A stretch of 62,618 nucleotides of DNA, the filler included, from Basidiobolus ranarum (lineage: Eukaryota): assembly GCA_040143965.1 (NCBI GenBank). It is 6 parts of 6 records of this genome, joined end to end, with 100 filler letters (N's around TTAATTAATTAA, not from the genome) between each part and the next. Parts side by side here need not be neighbours in the genome. Positions count along the whole stretch, not along the records: positions 41,859 to 52,194 come from JASJQH010007590.1; positions 52,295 to 62,618 come from JASJQH010007591.1; 4 more parts are not named here. One strand, given 5' to 3'. The notes below the pieces were generated by a model, which saw only the letters and a program-made list of their open reading frames with translations, ran no database searches and was not told where the DNA came from. Below are positions 50,942 through 62,618 of the stretch, in pieces. Every line of letters begins with the position of its first letter. Positions within the stretch are counted from its first letter, which is position 1. A program made the position numbers and the translations under genes.

Positions 50942-52194
50942 TCAAGCAGTTAATATATGATGATTTGAGGTAGGTGTTGCACTTGGTGGTATATTATTTC
51001 CATTACTAAACTCATTGCTTTGTAAATCCAAACGTTCCAAAACGGTGTGGTAGAGGAATTTATAAGACCAGAGGTTTCCTTTACGACGGCGGATATCAAC
51101 AATGTACAAGTTGCCAAAATCTTTCACCCGACATATCTCTACGACGAAGCTAATCTCGTCTCCAGGATCTACTGTTTCATCTCCATATATTGGCTCAGGT
51201 TGAATCTGAGGAGTTCCATAGGCACTTGCACTAGATGTGACAAACTCATTAGGGTAGTTGTAATCCTCATGGTGTGTTCCTAGTTTCAACAATCTACTAA
51301 ATGCGCTGACTGTGCGTCTTCTAGCAGCATGAGATCCAGAGTTGTGCGCGGGAGTAGGAGAGAAAGTGTATGTATTATTTGTGTAACTGGTTCGTGCTGT
51401 CATGTTGGTTGTGGCAGTATTGGCGGTCGTTTGAGTATCGGTAGATATATGCGAAATTGTGGACTTCATAGTGGCGACGGAGCCATTTCGGGCCTTCTTT
51501 TTGCGCCTAGTGCATTTGAGCTTCATGTCTGTTTCTTTTTTAATTTCAATACCCATTGCAAAGAGTACTTGTTTAATATCTTGGAAGACTTCAATTGGTG
51601 CTCGGGAGGTGACAGCATTTTGGTCAATAGCTCCACTATGAATACGTAGTTTATATTCTTGTGATACTCTAATATTGCCACGACGACCAGGAGTAGGCAA
51701 TGAATCATAATAATGTGCACCGCCTTGGGGTTTACCCAGAGATTTTTTGCGGAACCAATCCATGACTTTCCTAGCTGCGTTTGAGCTCATGGATTTTTGC
51801 TTAGCTGAATCATCAGCGTTCTCGAAGTTTCCAACAAGAGTTGATGGGAATGCACTCTTTACTACTTTACGTTTTTCAGCTCTGGCTGTGAGTTCATCCA
51901 ATTTAGGAGTACTTATATCCAAAGCAGCAAGTGTTTGCGAAGTGATAGTGGGTCTATCACCAGAATCTGATTCGTTAGAATTAGGATCAATAAATTGTCC
52001 GCGACTCTCTTCACGTGTCAAGATAACAGAGGGTAAATCGGCGGCAAGCTGAGGAGTAGGTTGTGAAAAGTGAATAGTAGTGGGTCGAATACGACCGTGG
52101 CTTTTGGGTTTTCGCATGGAGCTGCTAGGCGTTCCAGTAAGGGGAGTACCGCTAAAGGGCGTTGCAATCTTGGAAGGGGCTTGCGAAGATTTTC
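50942..52194 (-). CDS. Second Kin4-like kinase paralog, C-terminal half only (5' part beyond contig edge)
   Basis: Shares [58 protein letters not shown] and [11 protein letters not shown] with the 46142-49029 gene. Confidence 0.88.
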
Positions 52195-52294
52195 NNNNNN
52201 NNNNNNNNNNNNNNNNNNNNNNNNNNNNNNNNNNNNNNTTAATTAATTAANNNNNNNNNNNNNNNNNNNNNNNNNNNNNNNNNNNNNNNNNNNN
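52195..52294. other. Artificial contig spacer
   Basis: N44-TTAATTAATTAA-N44. Confidence 0.98.
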
Positions 52295-54513
52295 AACATT
52301 AACGAATCTTTGGCTGCTTATGGTTATTAAGTTGCCAAAACTTATATTCGCTAATAAATAGTATTTACATACCTTTTCACACCAGATATTGGTACTGTTC
52401 TGTTCATGATTGCTTCCAATTGAGGTGACCTCATTAATAAAACCGCCATTGTTGTGGTGCTGATATGATGTTACATGTAAATGGCAGGTTGTGTATGGTG
52501 TAACAATCTTGATATGTATAATCGTGTTTTATACTGACTAGAACGACGTACATGTAGTGATTTTCAATGAAGCTTTAAATAATAGGGATGTGTTATATAC
52601 AATTATATGGAGTCTGTAGGTTTGTAAGTATCTATCATTCGCCACTTGAAAGCAGAAGTCATTAAATCCAACAACTTCTCTATTCCAAGAAAATCTATGT
52701 AAAGAAATTTCGATGGAGTTTTGAGTAATTGCGCTGATGAAATCAAGCGAGATGCGACGTTTGTATCAGAAAAGCTGGTAGCACGTTGGGATTAATTTTG
52801 AGCACAAATAACTCTTCGTCTAATATAAGTAGGAATCTGGATCCACATTAACCACACATAGTGATGGTTGAGTTTGTTGAGATGGATAAGAGTGGAGTTT
52901 CCTTAACGTTCACTGTGTGTTAAATTTAATTGGATATTATGATGGATGTATTTAAGGAAGTAGGGAGCATTATGAAAAGTCATTGAAAACAGATAGCTTT
53001 AAACATTAACATCTTCAAGAATCCATGATTTTTTTTGTAGTCTACATAACTTTTCATGACAAGGTATTGGTAACAGAGGTGGTATTCTAGTATTAAGTCA
53101 TTATTTGATATGTTCAAGTCAATAAATAAAAATCCATATACAGTGAAGGAATCACTTTAAACACAGTACATTTGAATTCGAAAGTATAGTGAGTATACTT
53201 ATATGTGAAGGGGAGGGTTTTTTACTATTTCTAACTCAACCTTGCGAAGCTATATATATAGTTAATTGTACTTTTTCATTCAGCACATACACCTCAGATA
53301 CCCTATGCAAATGTCCAGGAATTAACTGTGAGCACGGATAGCAATGTAACAAACCTTAGTTTCACAGCAGTTAAATATATTCTCATTTGTTACACAATTC
53401 TTCACCGGGATAATAATTGACCCGGGAAAAATACCCTGTCCAAAACAAATCATGATTCTGCGATTTTAGCCGTTCAATCATGAAAAAAACAGTCACCCAA
53501 CTTTAGAGCAATTACCAACCTTTTATTGAAAAACAAGAGCTGATTATCGTATTCAGATAACTATATTCGCAAAATGTAGAGAATAAGATAGGTTCAGAAA
53601 CCATAGCATGTAGTTGTAGGTATCTAAGAATATTCGATAGTACACGATTACATGCTGGAAATACGTATGCTATTCATGCGATCGGACGAGTTTGAATTAG
53701 CGAATTAAGGCTTATACCTGGGGCCAGGAATTGTAAAGTGGGAATATTTTGCTTGAGAATGTGTCTGAGATACTAGTTATACGAATTTGTGCCTCTCTAA
53801 TTAGTCTTTTTTCAAACCTTGAAACAGTTGTTGATATCTAAGCTAACACTAAAGTCATCAAATATAATGTTGTTGCAATACAATGGTTCAACAAAATCAG
53901 GATTCTCTGTGGTTATTGTAAGTCGCATCTGAAAGATGAGATGCAGAAAAATGAATTACAGCGAATATGAAATACTTGTGCTGTTATGACTTTGGACATA
54001 TACCCCTGGTTGCCTAGAGATATCTAACCTTATAAACAGGTTCTATTGACCACCGTAACGTATCCTCTTATCTTGAAGCTTTTCCATACCATCATGGTTT
54101 TGAGTCTCTTTCAAGATATAGATTACTTGATCCACATGGACAACTAAATTACCTTCAACTCTCCCAATTATTCAAGTCTCCTTCCCCCAAAACCATGATA
54201 CCTAAATCTAGTAATACTTTTCACATTTTCGAAGCCAAGAACAGCTAACTGGTTGGCTATGATTCAAAACTGGCTAGCAAATAGCAACTAAATCTGGACC
54301 AAAATAGGCTCTTGCAACAATAGGATCCATCAATAATACCACAAACAATTCTCGAACAAACAAATCTGAGCCTCGATTGGTGATGACGCAATAAATTACG
54401 CGTTGCAAGTAAAGGATCAACAGCTCGAAAATTTCATCCTGTCAAAATGGAATAATTTAATAGATTATGACTACAAGTTACTTGATTCATATCCTTAACT
54501 CTACATTTCTTAA

Positions 54514-55383
54514 ATGAATCAAATTCGGATGCAGTACACTCGCAAGATAGCACTATTGTTACTTCTCTGTACTTTCCTCTCTCACGTTTATTCTCTCACT
54601 ATCGAAATCCAACCGAGCAATTCACAATGCTACTACGAGGATTTAGAAACTGGTGACAAACTAGCCATTTCTTATGAAGTAATTGGACCCGATCGTACCA
54701 TCGATTTCAAGGTAATCCATCCTTTCTGAGAAAGCTATCGAGTGCTTTTATTTACAATTCTTCTTAACAGGTTTATAACTCTCGTTCAGAATTAATATAT
54801 CGTACCAATGATAAAAACGAGGGCGAGTTTGGTGTAGAGGCCAATGAGAGTGGACATTACGAGTATTGCTTTACCAACGACGACTCTTATTCGGTCACTA
54901 GAGTTATGTGGTATATACATGACATAGGAAAAATAGAGAAATTAATTACAGACGATAAGACTCCAGATGAAGGTATTTAATATTGGACCTTGGTCTTCTT
55001 TGTATTTCAGAGCTAGTTGGATCTTAAATCCTGCACGATATATACCAATGAACTTACGAACATAAAAATTTCCTGCTCGATTAGCATTGGCTCCGCTAGA
55101 AGAACAATTGCAAGCGCTTATTCAAGGTGTAAATTCTATCAAAGTTCAAACAGCCTATATGAAGATTCGTGAAAGGACTCACCGTAACAGTTAGTATACA
55201 CCCTACTTTTTTTCATCTGATACCTACTCAATTAATTGTGAAATTTATAAAGCTGCCGAAAGTACCAATGGTCGCGTCAAATGGTGGTCCATTATTCAAT
55301 CTGTCCTATTGGTCGTAGTTTGTATATTCCAAATACTCTACTTGAAGCACTTCTTTGAGGTTAGACACAAACACGGAATTTAG
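54514..55383 (+). CDS. EMP24: p24/emp24/GOLD-family cargo receptor; exons ~54514-54711, 54771-54972, 55085-55189, 55253-55383
   Basis: Signal peptide, QCYYEDL, GHYEYCFTN, YMKIREKTHRNTAESTNGRVKWWS, a TM segment and the YLKHFFEV tail (p24-beta type). Confidence 0.9.
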
Positions 55384-55824
55384 ATGGTCAATTAAATGAA
55401 GATTTGTGTGACTCTTTATGCTAGACTTTTGCATTAAACTGTTGATTAAGTTTAAATAAATATGATATATTTCTTTTTCAATATACTGAAATAGAGTTCA
55501 TGCAAACTACAAGGCAAGGGTGATAGTTCTATCAGCACCTTTTTCGGAGATGCATTTACACTTAAAACTAACTTGAGTGAGCCAGAGACTTGCCTAGTCG
55601 TAAACACAATCCAAGCGATGGTCTTGGTTTCAAGAGTGTAACGTATCAGGCATTTGCAAAAGCATTAATGTTAAGCGACATGGGAAGTCTTCAATAGGTT
55701 TTAGCATAAATTTGGAACTGAATACTGTTTTATGTCTATGTTTATTACACAAATATACAAGGATACGAAAGAATAGGGATTTTAAACCAAGTGAATAATG
55801 GCTCGAGTTATTACCAGATCATTT

Positions 55825-56963
55825 CTATAAGTGAGATCGTCGTACAGCCTCCAGCTCTTTTTCTAATGTCTTCAAATGAGCTTGGACTTCCTCAAACTTG
55901 ATGCGATACATCTCTGCCATCTCTTTATACTGAATGGAAGAGTCGATCTCGGGTGCTGCCTCTCTGTCAACTTCGATTACTACGTTCGAGTTGTTTTCTA
56001 AAGTGGCAGAATTGAGGATATCCATTCCAAGTTTGTCATCATTATGCTCGATGGCTTTTTTGGCCTCCGAGTGTTCAAATATCGTTGGTTCATACATCTC
56101 CCCATGGTCTAAATGGCATTCTAACCGAGAATCATCGTTGCTTCCCGAATCAGAGTCGGAATGGTCCTCGATGATAATATCTGGTTTACGAGGAAAAAAC
56201 CAATACATTGGGTACTGTCTTTGGATGTTATTAATTAGCAATGCTACGATAAGCATCAACCCAGTTCCAAACAAAACTGGTATTGCCATGTACAAGTATC
56301 CAAGATCGAGTATTTTTGACCCGCTAGTTACCGCAATTAGCGCCGTTGCACCGCCGGGAGGATGAACTGTTCCAGTGATTTGCATGGCTACAATTGAAAG
56401 TGATACTGATAGAGCACCTTGTAACCACAAAAAGTTGTCTGGTTGGTTAAATATGCCGGAGCATATTTTCCCGATTGAAACTCCGATAAATGCCGAGATT
56501 AGATGACCACCCACTGTTAAAAAGAGAACGAAAAAACGTCGATAAGTTAGTGTATTGTTACATCGGTTTAGTAGTTAACTATTTACTGCTGCTTACTAAA
56601 GTTTCTTGGCTGTGATAGTGGGGAATCGATTGCGCCGTAAATAAGCACCGCTGAGGCTCCCTAACGTTAAGCATGATTGATTAGTAACATGATGATGTTG
56701 GAAGATCTGCTATGTTAAACTGTACTTACAAATGATCCTATCATAGTGGGTAGGTGTTGCGAGACGAATACGCTCACATTATAAGAGAGCGCTGTCACCA
56801 GACTAATTCCAGCAAACGAGGCTATGAATGACCACATAATTGACCTGAATGAAGGGACCTTTGGGAAGAGGCCTCGGTAGGAGCCCAACATCTTTCGAAA
56901 GTAATGAGGAATCCTATGATCTTTATGATACGGGATCTTTCGTTTTGGTAATAAGCCCTTCAT
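55825..56963 (-). CDS. HPP-family integral membrane protein, 3 exons
   Basis: Spliced IGSF/GASAVLIYGAIDSPLSQPRN, GGHLISAFIG, TGTVHPPGGATAL, LINNIQRQYPMYW; charged C-terminal tail. Confidence 0.92.
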
Positions 56964-58486
56964 GTCCTCTTTAGTTAGGAATGTGTATTGCTAGGGGAGA
57001 TTTCAATATCGAACCTGGTATATTTCTAGAAATATGGAGTTATACTTAAGGTAACCTTTTGATACGGGCTACAGTTGAGGCTTATATAGGAAATCAGAGG
57101 ATTGCTATGTGATTTACAGGGCTTGTCTTTGGGTTTTGGACGCACACCTTTTATGTTTTGATTGGCTATGATAATAGAGTTAATTTGTACAATTCTTATT
57201 TGAAGTGATTCTCATTAGGTAGCTACTACGGACAGCGATTTGTGGTGGCCAATGTGGTAAAAAAAAAACGAAAAACAACAATGGTAGAGTATTTCACCAA
57301 TCAGTGTACAATATTCAACAACAAAAGTATCGATTATCGCAGAGAACTTAACCTTAGATTCATTTGCATTAATAGAATCATCTATTGATGAGATCTACGG
57401 CATGGTTGATTTCAACTATCCGCCAATGATATATGAGCTGAGTCTACTATATGAGCTCACCAGTAGACCCCATTGGTCGATAGATCAAGCTACCATAGAA
57501 ATTTCTATATTTGGAAAGTCCTTATTGGATATATGAGTACCATGATATATTTCTTAAATTCCCGGATATTTACAACTCTTCGGAAAAAACCAAACATGTG
57601 AGCATTGGTTATAAACCGAGTTGAGAGATGGAAGAATACCAACTTGACAGTAGATTTGTAAATTATCCAGCACTCAAACAGGAAAACATTCAGAAAAGAG
57701 AAATAATGTCTAGACTCTGATACTCTTCATGGGCCACGATGCCTAGCATATCAATACTTTGACCCCAATCCCATTGTCAATCAAATATATACGATTTTCA
57801 GTGTACAGATAATCAGCTAACACTGATCAAGGAATATAATGCACAGTAGGGACTGATTAAGGTGCTTCAGGGTCATGTTGTGTTACGCCAAAAGGCGCCT
57901 CATTACTGCTTTCAGCGCTTTGACATTAGTAAGAATCTGAAGCATCAATCTATCTGATATTCCACTCAACTTCAGTAGCCGGATATCTCTGATAGTTTTT
58001 CTTACCCAAATAAGGCATCAATATCTAGAGTATGGTAGGGTTATCGATGACCAATAATTACAACATCACTTGTCCACATTCAATAGCTATATCACGTTTT
58101 TGGCAGTTCTTTAATTCGAAAGGTAATGTGGATGTGATTAGTAATATCCTGTAGTATGCAGTTTATTTTGCTGGGCTTGTTTCCCACTAAATAGTCCATG
58201 TGACGGCTGCTAAAGCTGCGAAGCTACTATATTTTCTTGAAGTGTCTCGCTCATCATCATCAGTCACTTTGGTTAATAATGATTTGTTTATAGATCTTCC
58301 CTGTGACCGGAGATTATCTTGATACCAAAAAACTATTATTGTAAGCCAGTGACCCGACAATATTTTGTAATCCTTAATTGCTAAGTATTGGGAACATCAT
58401 TAGAGTGAGTCACAAACGAAATAACAAAGCCCAGATACAAAAATCATGTAGTAATTTCTCTAAAGTATGCTTTCATGACTTGAATG

Positions 58487-58807
58487 TGTTGAAACTAGCA
58501 TAGCCTAAACACCTATATTAGCTTAGGGAAATATGGAATAACTAAATACAAAGATATCACGCACTATTCTCAATCAGAATTTACTTAGAAGTTCCCAGAT
58601 ATATATATTTTTCAAACTTGCCCTAGAAGCTCCAAACCTTGCACACATGTTCCTAGGACATTCCTCAACACACTCTACACGTTTGTTTGTGTATCTCTTT
58701 ACAAAACTACAAATGTCAGCTTTCTACTCAACAAATCAATAATTGAATACTATCAGTTCTTCTAGTTCTCCAAACTGCTTCCAACAAACTCCTAAAATAC
58801 TTCAACA
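58487..58807. mobile_element. Solo LTR, copy D (orientation as B and C)
   Basis: Termini TGTTGAA...TTCAACA; TSD GAATG (58482-58486 and 58808-58812). Confidence 0.9.
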
Positions 58808-59400
58808 GAATGTCTGCAAGAGATTAGAACTAGATAACATTTACCAAGTGAGAAAGATGATGGGAGCTTCAATCAATGTGTGGTGGCATTAGAGTGGTTA
58901 AGGTAATAATATTAAGATATATGTAGAAGAGAGCGTGCATATGATGTATGTTCAGAGATACTGCTCACTAACCTTGAATTAACAAACATCAAAACATAGA
59001 CCCGTCTGAAAGAATTCTTATTGCATATACATGATACTGATAGATATGATGTAATCAATATATGGTTACAAGCACAATTTAGAACGCTATTTATGGCTCA
59101 GAAACAAATTCTAGAGTAGACCATAATCAACTTGATAAAAACATATGCAGATATCATTCCTGAAATTTATTGAATTTCCCAGGTGATTTTGGGAACAAGT
59201 TCAATATATGGACACTCAAGTAGAGAAAATTAAATAAAGATAATGTACGGGTAACCATGCAAAATGATGGAATCGAGGGGTTCGAGCAAGTAAAAATGAT
59301 GAAGAAAATGAGCCTGAATTCAGTTGGAGGCTGGTGATAAAATGCAAGTCAAAACACTAAACAATGGTCAAAAACGAAGGGAAAATTAGTGATTTGATGT

Positions 59401-60783
59401 CTAGTACATGTTCATACTTCCGCTATATTCACGAAACATCATGTGTGGTGGACCTCTTGTGTGGGGATGAGGGGGCAACTGATGGCTCTGTACAGAAGGA
59501 GCATGATTAACAGCATGTGAGTGGCCATTGGTTGGAGTGGTCAATGGAGTAGTGTGAGGAGTGGGAAGTTGGAATCCAAATGGGCTAATAGGCGTGGTAT
59601 TCCGTGGAACAAAAGCATTGACAGTATGCATATGAGTTAGTGTTGAAGTGTTTATAGGAGCGAACTGAGCCATTCCAGGAAGAGCATGGGTATCAGCACG
59701 AAGACGTTTACTTCCACCAAGAATTGGGTAACTAGGAAAGTTGTTTGCGCACTCAACAGATCCAAAACTATTTGGTTCCAGAAGTGAGTTGATCATATAT
59801 GGTGCCATATCAGGCGCAGGTACAGTCTCCTTAAAACTGTTGGGCTGGGATGTAGTAGTATCATTAGGAGTGTCAATTCTCGGCGACATAGGTACCTCAA
59901 TTTTAGGCTTTATCTCGGCATCTTTCACAGAAGTAACTTGATTTGAAGAACTATCATCTCTGTCTTGATGTTTTCTCCTACTATCAAGTGAGATCTCTGG
60001 TGATGGTTCAGGAGATACTTGACGAGAGACCTGTTCTGATGAACAATTATCCTCCTCGTCTTCTATGCCTTGATCCTCTTTCTCCATAAATTCATTATCT
60101 TCATCAGATTCATCAGAGCTTTCCTGGTCAACATTTTTCCTTTTTCGAATCTCTTGCGCTTCCTCGAATTCCTCCTCCAAAGGTTCTTCCCCTTTCAAAA
60201 CTCTGACTTCGTTTCTAACTGATCTAAGTTCACTTTTGAGCTCCTTGTGTAACAAAATAAGGAATACAATCAATAACTCCATCAGAAGAAACATAATCGA
60301 ATGGGCTCATTTGCATGTACATACCTTGATATACTCTGCGGCAAGTCTCAAAATGTTCCCTTTGTTTGGTTTTGAGGAAGAAGCTTCTGGACCGGGCAAT
60401 AGATGAGATATTTCTAAGATAGTCGCATTTATATTGTCTCGCCTCTTTCTTTCAACCGAGTTATGGTTCTCCCGCCTTTTCTGAAGTCTTTCAAGTGCGG
60501 TTGTACTATCTATACTCTTTCTATTTAAAATATTCACACCGTTAACCTTGTAGCTGCTGCTTTTCTTTGCTTTCTGTTTTTTGCCCCCATTTTGTGGATT
60601 CAAGTCTGCGGTAAAGTTCAAAAATAACGGCTGATCGGAGGGAGGTTGAGAAGGTTTTCGGTTAACTTTATCATTGATATTATCCTCGTCGAAGGGGGAG
60701 GCGAATTGAGAGGTTTTGTTGCTGGAATAAGCAAAGTAGGAGGAGTAATCCACTTGATCTTTGTAAAAGTTAAGAGGTGGCAT
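59401..60783 (-). CDS. bHLH(-ZIP) transcription factor, 2 exons
   Basis: RRENHNSVERKRRDNINATILEISHLLP...PNKGNILRLAAEYIK/ELKSELRSVRNEVRVL; the basic-region H-E-R residues are typical of CACGTG binders. Intron ~60244-60324. Confidence 0.9.
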
Positions 60784-60972
60784 TGTATACAAGAAAGAAC
60801 CGAGAAACAAATATATATTCTCGAGTTATTGAAACTATGTAGAAACGATAAGGATTGGTAAGTGAGTAACGTGGCAAAGAATATTTTTCAGCGGGTCCTG
60901 GGAAACGTGAAGGAATAGAACTGAGTGTGTGGAGTGAGTAAGGGAGTCAAACCAGGCGTCAATTAGTAGATT

Positions 60973-60978
60973 CACGTG
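60973..60978. promoter_or_regulatory. E-box CACGTG upstream of the bHLH gene
   Basis: TTCACGTGGG about 190 bp upstream of the ATG; a second CACGTG lies at 61507-61512. Function is inferred only. Confidence 0.35.
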
Positions 60979-62618
60979 GGAAAAAATTGGGGTGGGTTCT
61001 GAGTTGGAATGATTTTCAACCTCTGAAAGAACCTGGAGAGGGCAAGAATGCGCAACTGTCAATTCCATTTATGGAAGTAAAATCTTGAAACATTGAAGCT
61101 CTAAAATGTATTTTACTTTGGCTTCATATTATAGTTTATTTACTGCGATATGCCGACTGTACAACATGTAAGCCAATGTCCAGAATCATCAACAATTGTC
61201 GAATAAGGCTGTCGATTTGGCTAATTACCTAATTTATGAAATTTTTGACGGATACTAGGTAGAGTGTCAGAGCATGAGAATCCCCTGTTTTGGGTGTTTA
61301 TTCCAGAATTGTATCCATATGATCTGACAAACCCCATCGTACGTAACTGGACAAGAGGCCACTTATGGTAGTCACCAAAATTGTCATATGGGAGTAAATG
61401 TAGTCTCTTTACCATTTCAGCGGAACAAGAATGTACTTTTGATTGGGTAATTCAAGTCGCACACCGGTACTCTACTAGTGGCTTGATTGAACTGCTATTC
61501 AACAGACACGTGAGATTGCAATATTAAAGCAAACTGGCGTACATTTTATCCACCAAATGAATCTCCTGGATTTGAGCAACATGAGTTTCCTGGATATCTG
61601 TGTTAATTTAAGACCCTCTCATTGATTGGCTTGTGTTGCACTGTGGTACATTAATAGAAGTGACAGCAATGGGTTGGGATATATCACAAAGCTATGCTTG
61701 GGCAAAGCGAAAACAAGAGGTAGATCAGAAATTTACCCCACTTCGAGTCAACCACATCTACTTGTCTCACTTTAAAAATCTTCATTGTGTATGTCTTTTC
61801 ATTTGTGCCAATGTAGTCTACGCTGACTGTAACATTCAAAGATCTATGAGCCTTTGAAATAGGATACCCAAGAGAATGGAGGAATTCTGAATTGATCTCG
61901 AGATATATTTCTGAAGTTGGAAAATCACGCAATAGTGAATCGAGCGCAGCAACCTAAGCTTGGACTTAATTTAGCTTCTGAGATGAATAATCAAGACTAA
62001 AAAGTACCTGTTGTACAAATGGGAGCATTGATCCTATCAATGCGAGGGTACTTTTTTTACCCTAGTAATCATGCCTTCATGGCTTGATGTCTTCATTGTA
62101 CTTGGAACTTGGGTGTTTCCAATTTGAGACCAATATTTCAACAACATTCACGCTAAATAATATACTAAACTTTCCAAGTTAGATGAGATCTCCATAGTTC
62201 AGAGGTTTCCAGTTGGTGTTACTATGAACCAAAAGAGTGTTTTTACCGTGTGGGCGGAGAGTAGGTATAATTCTAAAATAGTTTCAACTGCATACACAAA
62301 TGTCATTAACAATACCACATTCATTAAAATCAAACCTCAGTAATAGTTATAGTCAGATACGTATAATAAGATAGGATCAAGAATAGCATGCATCACTGAC
62401 TAATGTTATACTTGGCGTTAACCTAGCAAATTGTATTTGACATCTAAGAACATAGACTGTGTCAACTTTTCATCGAAGTCATGTTACCTTTTATGATAGT
62501 TTTAGGTTCTGTAAAGCTTGGTGTCAAGAGTTACACCAGTATTGGCATGAAGGACTTGGTTTCATTGAGATGTTTATATGGTAATAATTACACTCGAGTT
62601 GAAGTGTTCGAGGCCACT

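Noticed and set aside
46506..52052. Many plus-strand ORFs overlapping the kinase genes
   Set aside because: They are antisense shadows of real coding exons.
10381..52294. TTAATTAATTAA repeated at ~10.4-kb periodicity
   Set aside because: It is always embedded in N runs of fixed length: an assembly linker, not biology.
18982..60783. Apparent phosphate-regulon cluster (SPX-RING, PHO84 fragment, Phm7-like channel, Pho4-like bHLH)
   Set aside because: The four genes are on four different contigs concatenated in size order, so their proximity is an artefact.
61684..61932. 82-aa minus-strand ORF upstream of the bHLH gene
   Set aside because: No recognisable domain, a non-ATG start and no supporting splice structure.

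Overview
This is intron-rich, AT-rich eukaryotic DNA. Gene content suggests a fungus, probably an early-diverging lineage (inference). It is not one locus: five artificial 100-bp spacers (N44-TTAATTAATTAA-N44) join six contigs of steadily decreasing length (10380, 10372, 10365, 10341, 10336, 10324 bp), so gene neighbourhood across spacers is meaningless. Recognisable genes: NDT80/PhoG transcription factor (partial), SEN54, a small twin-CX9C NDUFAF8-like protein, SLY41-like TPT transporter (partial), OST-alpha/TMEM184, SPX-RING E3 ligase (partial), a small secreted Cys-rich protein, an MFS transporter, a CSC1/OSCA channel, a single-C2 protein, RPL25, a PEBP 3' end, a peptidase inhibitor I9 3' end, NHP6, two tandem Kin4-like kinases, a p24/EMP24 protein, an HPP-family protein and a bHLH factor. 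There are also a PHO84-like pseudogene fragment, a LINE-like RT remnant, and a family of ~290-350 bp solo LTRs (four complete copies with perfect 5-bp target-site duplications plus one truncated copy). The most notable observations are: the solo-LTR cluster and its inverted pair; a micro-inversion in one LTR; two hairpins around RPL25; a 36-nt invariant block shared by the diverged kinase paralogs; a small orphan gene ending in an AAxxLxxL motif; and several real genes missed by the ORF track. No convincing novel multi-gene system was found. All protein assignments are by motif recognition, not database search.
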